Source of the DNA: Cenococcum geophilum
Taxonomy: Eukaryota
Direction: 5' to 3'
Assembly: GCA_050273025.1 (NCBI GenBank)
Contig: CP158636.1
Span: 1,984,001 to 2,048,000 of the forward strand
DNA: 64,000 nucleotides
Each line of letters opens with the position of its first letter. Position 1 is the stretch's first letter. The translations under genes and the position numbers were made by a program. Below, piece by piece: positions 50,797 through 61,839 of this stretch. The notes beneath the pieces are model-generated. The model was given only the letters and a program-made list of their open reading frames with translations. It searched no databases and was not told the origin of the DNA.

Positions 50797-51050
50797 TCAA
50801 AGTCTGATCCCCATGTTCTCCATTTGCCACCCATTTAGAGTTTCAAGTGATGATGTTGTGTGAGGATGCTGAGGACCCTGGACCTGTTTCCGGCCTTGGA
50901 AACTGAACGTAAATGCCAGGTTGGCCATGCTAGTCAGCGTGTAAAGATGCTCCTCCCCAAGTGCCCTTACACTCGTCTCCATCACTTGCACCTCCAGCTC
51001 TTCAGCCTCCTTCCACTATCCTTGATTCCAAAACGTCGACGTCAGGTTGA
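50797..51050 (-). pseudogene. TPR (kinesin-light-chain-like) repeat fragment of the type found in fungal NLR-like NB-ARC/TPR proteins
   Basis: NLTSTFWNQG*WKEAEELEVQVMETSVRALGEEHLYTLTSMANLAFT. In-frame stop; no upstream domain visible. Confidence 0.75.
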
Positions 51051-51129
51051 TAATAGGCATGAAAGCTTGCAGGCTCAATGTATGGCGAGAAATGGAAGTT
51101 AGCTTTAAGGCGGACGTAGTGGGCTTCCC

Positions 51130-51243
51130 TAGGCCTGAGGATAAAGTATAGCTACTATATAAATATTTTAAAAGCCGATAACTAAGTAAGAAGTTAGATT
51201 ATACTAAGCTAGAACCATTTAAAATTCTAAATAAGATTATACT
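51130..51243 (+). mobile_element. Small Gypsy integrase C-terminal relic
   Basis: De-RIP PEDKVWLLHKHFKSRRPSKKLDHTKLGPFKI. Confidence 0.55.
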
Positions 51244-51300
51244 GAGTGGCTTACCAGGTGTTAGAATTTCGATGTCCAGCAGCGATATTGCCATTCCGGT

Positions 51301-54300
51301 CAGACTTGCTGATAAGCAAGCAAAACCCTGCTTGCTTGCTTGCTTGCTTGTCTTAGCAGTAAGTAAGCAAGTAAGCAAGAGGCTTTATTTTGGGCAATTA
51401 AGCAAGCAATGAAAGGGCTTACTTGCTTGCTTGCTTGTTTATTGCTTGTATATAGTTAATTTAGAAGTAGCGGTAGTTAGTGATAAACCTTTGGTGTTTT
51501 TCTAGTGGCCAAGGTAATGCAAATAGTGTAAACAAGCCCTTTTAGGTAACCGCTAAGCCTATTTAAAACGTTTTTCCGCGCCAACTAAAAGTCTCACGTA
51601 GCTTACATTAAATAATAAACACTTTCCTATCCTTATCTCTTACTAACTCCACCAATTTAATAGAACCCACTTAGCCACCGCTACTACTATGGTATAGGAC
51701 CCTACCAACGTAAATATAAGCGCGATATCCGCGGAAAACCCCTTAGCCCCTATAGTCTTATCATTGGAAGCCGCCGCGCCCGACTAGCTTACAGATAATA
51801 ATAATGTTAATAATTATAATGGTATTAACTGGAAACGACTTCTAGATCTTTAAAAACCTTATTATAGCTTAAAGCGGACACCTAGCTTTATTTATAAATA
51901 TGGGTACAGGTACCAAAGTCGGGTAAAGCTAGAGTAAATTATCTTTATCTGTAAGTACTGCCACCAACATAAAATTCTTAACTGTGGAGGCCCTAGTCGT
52001 TATAATATATCAAATGCTAATACTGCTGCTTAAACGTATTTTACTAAAAATACTCCTGGTTATAGATACGATAAAAATGGAGAGATTACATTTAAATTAA
52101 AAAAGCGCGGGTATACCGTTCTTAAGTAACTTTAGGCTTTAGGCCAATACGTCTCTTAAGAAGCTGCTAACGCAATTATTAGCGGCTTTAATACCTCTAT
52201 ATTTAAGCAATTAGCTATTAATTGGCTTACTAAAAATAACCACCCGCTATAAGAGTTCGAAACCTTGTCTTTCCGCCATATAATACGAATTGCGAATCTT
52301 AAGGCTAAGCGCGTACTCTAGCTCAATTATTAAGCGGTAGCAGACTATATACTAGCCAACTACGAAGCATACCTCCCCTCTATTACTAAGACTCTCGCTA
52401 CCTCTAGATTACTCCTATATATATCCTTTAATAGCTAGCAGACCCCTAATGGCAAGCTTACTCTTACCGGCGTATATATATATCACCTTAACAAGGAAGG
52501 TCGTGTAGTGGACTATATACTTACTCTACCTATATAGCTCGGCCAGCACTTAGGAATTAACTACGCAAAAGTTATTAGTAACGTCCTTAATACGTTTAAA
52601 ATTATAAAGGAGCGGCTTAGCTACTTTATTACTAATAACGCCTATACAAATAATACTTGTTTAAATTATCTGGCAGTTAAATTTAGCTTTAATAGGGCCT
52701 ATAGGCGCGCCTACTGCGCTTACTATATCCTAAATCTAGTTGCTTAGTAGCTTATATTCAGTAAAAATAAAAAAGCTTTTAAAAATAAGAATACAAATAT
52801 ACCGGAAGAAGAAGAGTTTCTAGAGTAATAGCGGAAGGAAGGACCGCTCGGAACACTTTATAACCTTATTAATTTAATTAACACGCCTTAGCTTATATAG
52901 CTATTCAAGCAATATTAAGTTAATAAGAATATACCTCCGCAAAAAGGCTTCCGAATTAAGTAGCTTATTAAGCCTATTAAGACCCGCTAAAATAGCTACC
53001 ACACTACCTTTAAACGAGCTACCGAGCTCTAAGCGCCTCTTAATTCGTTTGCTTAGTACTAGATCATAAAGCATAAAAAGGAAATAGCCTCCCTTAGATC
53101 TAAAGGCAAGAAGGTACCCAAGCCTCGCCGCTATATTGCCGTTGGCGGCTTAAACGCATACAATTGGTTAATTATTAATGAATATATAGAGATCCTTAGC
53201 CCTCTTAAAGAAGCCACAAGCTTAGTAGAAGGTAGAGGCAAAGCTAGTAAACACGGCGCGATTTAGGAGGTTATTCCTACGTTTAATTAGCTGCTTAGAG
53301 TCTTTAAAGAAAAGAAGGATTGCGTCACTAAAGCTATAATAGAGGACTATCTAAATTAGGAAGCTATAGAGGATTATTTTATAATTAATCTAAACGCGGC
53401 CTGGGTAAAGCTGAACAACTACTACCTTAAGCTTAACGATACTCCAGTATATTATGTAGCAGTCCTTCTATATCCTTATTTTAAGCGCTTTTACTAAAAC
53501 GCGTAAAAGGATAGGCCCGATTAGATTATTAGTGGCAATGCTATCTTCTAAACTCTCTAGCTTTAGTATAAAGATCGTTTAATACCTTTATTAGTAAAAC
53601 TAAAGGCACCACCTCTAAAACGCGTGCGAGCCTCCGCTGGCCGTGACAGCTATATTAACGCCTACTCTGGTGCCTTAATATTAAGCCAGATGGTCTGCGA
53701 GGACGAGTATATGCGGTGGAAGTTGCTTAATCCTCTACTAAAGAAACACCCATTAGCTTAGGATCCAATTAAGTACTAGTGGCAGATGTAAATTAAGTTT
53801 CCACGCCTCGCCTAGTTCGCCTTTAATATACTAACTATACCAGCTATAAGCTCGGATTGTGAGCGAGGATTTAGTAAAGCTGGTGATCTACTAGAGCCTC
53901 GTCGATCTAGGCTACAGCTAATGATAATTGCTGCTCTATAATGCACGCGTTCTTGAAAGAAGATGGGTTATAAGAAGGCCACTAGAGAAGGTAGTAAGTC
54001 TATTAATTTATATAAAGCTAATAGCTAACGAAGGAACAGCTGCTACACCTTCCTCTACCTCCCGATCCTCTACACCACGCCAAAATCGCGATCTACGCGC
54101 TACCTTTACCGCGTCTGCCTCATAAACTACCTTTAAGCCGCGCGAACGAGCTTATACCTTATACTACAATTAATTAATGGTGGAGGAACTTAGTGGGCAA
54201 TGTACTGTTACTAGGCGAAGCCATAGCGGATTTTCTGTAGAACTTCAAATTCTATACTGTCTTGGCAAGCAATTAACAAGCAAGCAAGCAAGCAGATGTG

Positions 54301-54404
54301 ATTTTGAGGCTAACAAGCAAGCAAGCAAGCAGAGAGCTTCCAAATCGGGCAATCAAGCAAGCAGAGGGGTGTTTTGCTTGCTTGCTTGCTTATCAGCAAG
54401 TCTG
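51301..54404 (+). mobile_element. hAT DNA transposon, full length, with a RIP-mutated transposase (~51690-53975)
   Basis: TIR CAGACTTGCTGATAAGCAAGCAA, perfect 8-bp TSD ATTCCGGT, subterminal (GCTT/AAGC)n arrays. De-RIP motifs ICKYCH (BED finger), SFDGW, TDNA, CACHILNL, TRWNS, SSDCERGFS. Confidence 0.96.
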
Positions 54405-54633
54405 ATTCCGGTATATTCGGGCGAGGTGCTACTGAAAAGAGACACGTTGAAAGCACTGAGAGAGTAAAATGAGTGTGATAGATCTGTAACAAGTAACTCC
54501 GGTATATAATTTTCTACCTAGGCAGAGAAACCTGAAATTGAAGTCCCGTTGTCATCATTGACCAAATTAACCGCAGCGAAGTCGAATGACCACGCATATG
54601 CCCCACGACGCCTCCAGATATAGCAATGTCTTT

Positions 54634-55416
54634 TCAAGATCCAGAAATGTATTCGTATTTCCTACTTCCCGCTCCATGTACTCTCCGAGAATGATCCAAC
54701 AATTTGTCTCGCCGATAAAACCTCATGGTGCAAGGTCTTTCGGGGCACGCAAATATTCGCTCTTCCGGATAGTGGCTTTTTAGATGTCTATTGCGGTCGC
54801 TAGGGCGGCTGAATGACCGCGTGCATCCCCCGAAGTTACAGTAATACCTCCATTTTCTGGAGTTGAGTGAACGCCGATCAGGACTTCCATATTTGTTGAC
54901 TGAACTGGCAGTGTAACGGTTCTCTAGCACTTCACCTCGGACAAAGCTCTCTCCATCCTCAGCGAGCTTTAAGCTGCTCTTCATCGGCCCGCCTTCTCTG
55001 AATAATTCCACAGGAAAATTGGAATCCTGACGGAGTGAATCTCCCACAACGGGAGTAGCATCTGCCTGCAAAGAAGGTAAGGGGGGGCTAAACCCAATGA
55101 GCGACTTTCTTAAGTCTCATAGCAAGGTGATGTGCAACCTACCCACAGAATTGTGAGCTCTCCAACTGGTTACACAATGGGGAGTTCCAGTTGATTTCGC
55201 CCTCCGACAGGACGAAGTCGAGAGCACCCGCAGCCTTTGAAGTAGAAGCATGAGGTAGGAAGCCTAGCTGCTGATAGAAGTCATTTTGTCCTTCAGTTGT
55301 CCACCGAACGTCCCGCGGCTCATTCGAAACTGCTTGGGGCCCGCCAGTTTGACACGGTACTCTGATAGGGTCGGTCCAGAGGCTAAACGAATGAGGGCGA
55401 GATGTGGCTTGGGAGA
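54634..55416 (-). CDS. C2H2 zinc-finger protein (two C-terminal fingers), multi-exon; start codon further upstream and not resolved
   Basis: YYCNFGGCTRSFSRPSDRNRHLKSH and FACPERPCTMRFYRRDKLLDHSRRVH. Intron at ~55062/55066-55142/55146. An upstream open exon is preceded by a CTAAC...CAG acceptor at ~55417. Confidence 0.75.
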
Positions 55417-56629
55417 TCTGCAGCCAGTTAGGGGGTTGGGGTTGGAGCGCTGCACCATCGGGGAGGATTTTTTCAACAGGGACGAAGACGTTAGCTTCCC
55501 TACGACTCGGTTATACATGGTGACCGCCGATGAATATATATGGTAGGGTGCCTACGAACCTCAATGTCGAATCAAATGGCGCCAAATGGAAGTTGCCAAG
55601 AAGGGGGCGTGGCGCAACTGGCATGTTTGCGGAAGGCTTATTAGGCAGCAACCATCAGCACCGCCACAGGACTCTCCTCACTGCAGATGGGAGCACTTAC
55701 AGCAGACTGCATATCTGGATGCAAGATGGTTGCCTTTCTAGGAACAGATACCAGGGGAGTGTTTTTAGAGCGTCGACTCGTAGAAAATGCGTGGTTCCTG
55801 GCCTCATCTCCATCCTGTATTGAGAGCGCTCACATGGGTTTTATATGGTATGGTTTCGCGGGCAGAAACACGTCCGGCACTTCAGGACAGAACAAAAGTC
55901 TTGCACGAAGTCTCATGCGTGGTGCGCCCTAGTGAGGATGGTACTTTTGCATGTACAAACGATCCACTCGCTGATTTTCCGCGCTAACTGGAATGGCCGA
56001 CGCGCTTAACAAATGTTGCGAAACGCCCTACAGACCTAATTTCCAGTACTTAGCTTGCGGGCCAATCCGCCCACGGAAATTAGGCGAGGTACTTTTGTCG
56101 AATCCCTGCCGGTCAGCCCTCCGCAGGGACTCGGGCGGTGAGCTAACTAATTACAATCTCTACGCCCCACGGTGAGAAATAATTTCAGATGCCTCGTCCA
56201 TTTCCGGCTTAGTTATGGACGGCGCATTCATTGCACAAAAGCATTGTGGTTGCTTTTCTTCCATTCAATCCGCAAGACGGCGCACATTATAGCTTGTCAC
56301 AATGAGCCGTCCTCAACCAGTGTATTCAGCTGCCCAATGGGAACAACACAAAGAAACGGTCCGAAGACTCTATCGTGATGAAGAGAAAACTTTGGATGAT
56401 GTGGCTGCGACAATGGCCAGGGATTTCGACTTCCATGCGACGTACGTTAGCTCTCCCTTGCTCCGTTGCATCTTGGCTTACCGGCCTCAATTACAGAAGA
56501 AAGCAATATCTGGACAGAATCAATAAGTGGTGTTATGGCAAAAACATAAGATCAAACGTGATGATGTGCGTAGCAATAATAGGAGAAAGAAGACGGCGGA
56601 GGCATGGCAAGGAAACTCTGTTTCGCTAT

Positions 56630-56815
56630 CCTTTGCAACGTTGGTGTCCTACTGCAGGTGGTCCGTGCGTGAACACCAGAATCAAAAAGTTTCGCAGATA
56701 ATATAGATTAATTAACCACCATGCCTTCTAATCGTGCGTTAATCCTCAGGATCCTAACGATCTAATTGGCTGGAGCTTATCGATAAGAATAGGACACGAA
56801 TCAACGTTGCAAGGG
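56630..56815. mobile_element. Small MITE or deleted pogo-like element in Clr5 exon 2
   Basis: Inverted ends CCTTTGCAACGTTG(GTGTCCTA) / (TAGGACAC)..CAACGTTGCAAGGG. No clean TSD. Confidence 0.6.
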
Positions 56816-56842
56816 CCAAACGGATCGACAGGTTTGTCCGTG

Positions 56843-57145
56843 CGGAGGTCCCTAACAAAAGTTCTTCCCAATTAGGAAGTTTTAGGAATAATAATACCCA
56901 TTACCACTTTTTATATTTTTATGCATTATCTTACTGGGTATAAATTAAAAATCTAGTAAATTATTATTATTATATATAGTATTAGGCTAGTGAATTAATC
57001 TTTAAAGTTTGCGTGCCTTAATATACACCAGGTAGACTCTAGTATGCGCTACGTGGGCTGTAAAATACGCACCTGTGCTCGCGCATACGTCAGTTTTAAA
57101 ACTCCCTAACTAGGAAGGTGCAAGAACTTTTGTTAAGGACCTCCG
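56843..57145. mobile_element. Tc1/mariner-type MITE (303 bp) in the Clr5 gene
   Basis: 24-bp TIR CGGAGGTCC[C/T]TAACAAAAGTTCTT with flanks TG/TA and an AT-rich interior. The host frame is restored on removal. Confidence 0.85.
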
Positions 57146-60100
57146 TACACGTTTTCGAGACAGAATTCTCACAGAGATGGAACTCACACAGCGTAAGATG
57201 ACTGACTCGTTTGACTCGTTCGATATCTTGCAAATGTCTCGTTAACGCTACTCGAAGCCACTCCTGAGTGTATAACCTACACCACTCCAGACTACCCTTC
57301 AGACAACCCGCAGAATCAGTTTGAGTATTTCTCCCAGCTCGCCGGTCCAGAATATGACAACGATATCACATTAACTGCTGATTTGACGGGCTTAGCCCCT
57401 ACCGAGGAGCTCACGGAACTGCCACCTATGACGGTGCTGGCCTGCTGTCCGATCACTCCGCTACCAAGAGCTTGCAATAGCCTATGCCGTGCATTCGAGA
57501 ATGGAATATATCACGCCCAGTTCCATTCCATCTCGCGAAGACATTTATAATCTAAGTTTGCGTGCCCTTCAAGTCGAACTCGATGACACAGTCGGCTTTA
57601 CAGACGAAGCGTTAGGGTTGCTGATTTCATCCGTAGAACCTACGGATATACATGTGTTCATGACCAGTATAATTCTCGAGTACCTGGTGCGGCGGGCTCC
57701 ACCTTTGTCGACCTCGGATCAGTCATCTAGCCAACTTCGATTCGTCCGCATACCGTAGAATCCCAGCAGATATATGGCCTCTTGGAGTACGCCTCACTCT
57801 ATTGGGCCAAACACCTTTGTGGTATCACTCGGCATCTTCCTTCTCATGTCGAAAATGATCTCGTGGGGTTCCTGTGTTCTCCCAAAGTCATTGGCCTGGA
57901 TTGAGAGCCTGGTTATTCTAAGACCCGACGACTTTAAGAACATCATTTCCCGCATTCTAGCCTCGGTAAACCAATTCTGCAGCAAATATAGCATACCACT
58001 ACAGTCAGGAACCGTTCACATTTTGAGAGCTTGGGTTCCATCAATCCGACAACTACTTGGCGATTGGCAAACCGTGCTCAGATGCTATCCTGGAGAAGTC
58101 GTGGTCGGGCCCTCCTGTTTGTGAGTACTCTGAATTCGTTGGATATAATACCGCCTATCAACGCCCTCGAACAGTCATTTTCAGGTTTAATCCGTTCATA
58201 TGACAGTGCGATAATCCTGGATATGTCGCGGAACAGATTATTCGTAGCAAATCGTACCCATTACCACGACATCGGAACTTCAAAAATTCTCTCGTGGGAA
58301 ATCAAATGTACAGACATCAAGACGGGACTAGTGTTAGCCAGGTTAAAGAGTCGATCGGAATTTGAATCTCTCGGGCACATCTGGGGTCAGAAATCCGCAT
58401 CGGTTGAGTTTCAATTGAAAATGAGCAATGACTACCTATACGAAGAGCGTCTCTACCTCCCATAACCGGAGCGAACCACGTATGTTTTCACCTACATATG
58501 GCAGTTCCAAGACGGCGACATCATTGACGATAATCTTTTCGGGCCTCGCACAACTGTGAATAAAGGGTTGCTTATACCTAACCCACCTTACGCATTTAGT
58601 AGCTTAGTCTTTAATTTGCGGCGCAATGTACTATTAACCGTGGGGTTTTCTTTCGACCTGTCGCTTCTGCTACAGTCAGGCCCTAACCTCCGCGGTCATT
58701 TTCAATCTGGGCTGCGTTCGTTGCACATATGTTCTAACGGGGAACACGTCGTAGTCGTCAGGCAACCTAAGGAAGAGCCTGTTGGTCTGCTATTAGAGTT
58801 GCGGGAACTAGGATCGGCTTCTCCGAAGTTCACACGTACTTTCTGGGGCCATTTCGTGAGAGTGTTTGCGGTCGGTCCTTCCGGCCGCTTTGTCGCTATT
58901 TCTAAAGAGAAGCAACTGCTCCGCCGTCGTCCCCAGGCAACTGAAGAAGAACGCTTCCCTTTCACGATTTTGGATACCGAGACTGGCTCCGAATTCACCT
59001 TTTCCAATACATGGAAAATTCTTTTGAATCAAGTGCTTATGATTACCATACTTCTCGGCGTCCCGGGAACGTTTTCTTCGGCAGTATTGAACCGAGGTCC
59101 AGCCTATTCCTTGCCAAAAGAAAGCAACATGACGGGCCGGGAATTGGCTATGTCTGGCGCTGGATGCAAGACGGCTGGGCTAACATTGGTCAAATCCAGT
59201 TGAGCTGGGCATGTAACCCTATAGAATTTAGCTCAGTTGACTCTCATATGCTGGGGATAGCAAGTAATGGCTTTTTCTCTATGGATTCTGTAAGCTTGCG
59301 AGAGACAGTAGTGGCACTAGAAGACGGGCAGGTTGGAAATCGAGAAGAGGAGCACCATCTCCGACATTGGGCTGAGTCTGCTGTCTATTATCTCAATTCT
59401 GAGGTCATTGATGGAGATTCCATTACGGTATCATTGCTTCGTTATCTTCACAGTGCGTATATACTGACTGTTTGGCAGATTTGCGGGAACTCTTGGAAGC
59501 TCGAAGGCACCAATCCCTTCAATATGCCTACACAAGTCCAGATAGCTTCGTCCGTCCCTCTCGGTAAGGTCGCCGGAGTCTGGGTCCCTAGATCATATGT
59601 ATTTTACCACTGAAAACAACAACATTCTTGTCAAGTCAGCCATTGGCACTTCCCCTTCCCCTCCTAGCATCTGGTGCGATCCGGGCAACAACGTTTATGG
59701 GAAGCCAGAAATTATCACCGTAGGTCCTTTTGGGAGATATATTTGCAAAGCATCTTTCGAGCCCGGTGGGAATCACTGCAGAGATAAGGAGATGGTGAAA
59801 GATTTGCGAATCGAAGTCAGCTCTGCCGCTTTCCATCAGATTCTGACAACTGTTTACTTCCATGGGAATGGTTAAGAGGAAAGGGAGACGTCAAATACCT
59901 CTTAATACTACTGGGGTATCGGCCACCTTTCACCCCAACGTCCCGATTCTTGCTTGGTCTCTGGAATACTTCAACCTAGGTCTATGGTTAATGGACTTCA
60001 GCATTCAGAGTAGACCGGTCTTTATAGGTGAGTATTTCCGTTGGAAGGTTATGACAATTTGATTGACTCTAAGAACGGAGATACCACCGTCATATTTCAC

Positions 60101-61189
60101 TAAATCGCTCTCGTCTTGTGGACGCTATTTTTGGGTGCTCTCCAAGCCTCACCCAAAAAGTAACCATGGTGGTCCTGCTACACAGCATGACTTGACGATA
60201 TTTGATCTGCAAACCGGAGGAAGGAGTACTTACTCCTGGAAAAGTAACTCGGGATACGGATTTAGCCATACCTCTGTTCAGTCCGATATGCTATGTTATC
60301 GGAATACAAGACGAGTGTCTGCTCGGAGCACTCTCAATCAAAATAGTGACTTCTGATGTTTTCCGCGAGTGTCTAATGAGCATCCCACGCTCCTACCAAA
60401 AGTGGTCTGAGGTGGAGACATGTTATTGGACAGATGGAGAGAAATTGAATGTTATCCTTGTGGGCGAAGAGATGAAGTCGAACGGGCCTTCAGGCTTCGT
60501 TGCAGAGTTTGACCGAACGAGCCAGAACTGGGTTGCCGCGATTGATGTAGATTACGCCTTAAGTCCGACCGAAGGAATTCGAATCCGACAATCTGGCTTT
60601 TCCCATAAGCTGGAAAGCTCGGAGATAGCCAATCCTCGTTCACGAACATGTCAGGCGGATGTAGACGTTGAGAAGAACTGGTGTTGTACGGAATGGTCTA
60701 TCAAAAATTATCATAAGTACGCGCTAATTAGCCGGAGTTATAACTGGTCCTAAGTTCATTGAATCGGGAGAGGTTTTTCTTCAAAAATTAGTCTTCGCCA
60801 TGCGAGCCTACTTCGAACTGTTACCATGTATGCTGGAATGGAAGATGATTGTAAGCTAGCTATCCTGTTACAGCAGCTGAATAGGAAAGCAGAGAGGGTG
60901 AAGATGAGATCATACGGGCTGGGAATATGTAACTGAGACCCCCGCATAGAAGCTCTTCGCCCGAAACCTTCACCGAGGCGTGCCCACGGAAGTAGATTGC
61001 AAACGTCAAGTAGACATAGCAGCACCTAAATTAGTTCGCGCGGCGCCTCGCAAGCCACTACATAATCTAATTAATTAACTCAGGAATAAGTAGGTAGAAT
61101 CATAGGTGGTGAGAACGGTAGTAGATGTTAAGATACTACTACGAGTGCCTTACTAGATGTCGGCGGCAATATTTAATAGACTTCTAGGC

Positions 61190-61612
61190 GTTTGTAGAGC
61201 CGTTCGTAGGGACAATTATAGAGCTCTGTAGAAGGCTTCGAGTAGAGTTTTAAGTAGAGCTTTGTGCAGAGCTACCGTAGAGGCGTAGGTAGAGCTTCGT
61301 GTAGAGCTACATGCACGGTTCTACATACGGTGGCTCTATATACTGTCGCTCTGTATAAAGCTCTACTAAAGCTCTACTAAAGCTCTACCAAAGCTCTACA
61401 CGAAGCTCTACCTACGCCTCTGATATGGTGCTCTGCGTACGGTAGCCCTGCGCACGGTAGCTCTGCGCACGTAGCCCCGCGCACGGAAGCTCTGCACAAA
61501 GCTCTACACGAAGCTCTACACAGAGGCTCTACGCAAAGCTTTATATAAAGCTCTTCCTTAACTTCTTTAACCTTCCAACCCCCCGCAAGCCGGGGCCAAA
61601 GCAGGGGGCTAA
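61190..61612. repeat. Head-to-head minisatellite arrays (GTAGAGC vs GCTCTAC units) ending in a GC hairpin; probable non-autonomous element
   Basis: Perfect 30-bp inverted pair at 61279-61308 / 61392-61421. Terminal CCCCCCGC...GCAGGGGG followed by CTAA. Confidence 0.65.
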
Positions 61613-61839
61613 ATAATATAATCGTGATGGTTATATATTAAATTTTATAAAAGCGTACCCTCGTGTTCTTAATTCTTACGCCAGTAACCGTATAATAGAA
61701 CGGTTTTTCTAGCAATCCACCTGCTACAACACCTGCCCGAATGGGCAAGGTGCTTGATCTTACCCTTGCCACCCCCCTACCTACCCCTTGTACGAGGCTT
61801 GTATAGTAAAATAAGGTGGCTTGCATAACTCTTGCCAAG

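Larger units (their letters stand above)
56302..60753 (+). pseudogene. Clr5-domain protein gene with a long C-terminal region (possibly beta-propeller-like), disrupted by two MITEs and multiple frameshifts
   Basis: MSRPQPVYSAAQWEQHKETVRRLYRDEEKTLDDVAATMARDFDFHAT|RKQYLDRINKWCYGKN matches the Clr5 N-terminal pattern. Intron 56442-56496. After the MITEs the frame resumes KRIDRFVRTRF...|TPECITYTTP (intron ~57193-57257). Further introns at ~58121-58174 and ~60028-60073. Downstream coding is split across overlapping frames. Confidence 0.65.

Noticed and set aside
1..54400. Stop-codon reassignment (alternative genetic code) to explain the frequent in-frame TAA/TAG
   Set aside because: Stops fall at CAA/CAG/CGA/TGG positions and differ between copies of the same element, as expected from RIP C>T mutation.
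55264..56378. Several overlapping 60-97 aa ORFs between the C2H2 and Clr5 genes
   Set aside because: They have no recognisable motifs and are best explained as upstream exons/introns of the C2H2 gene and intergenic sequence.
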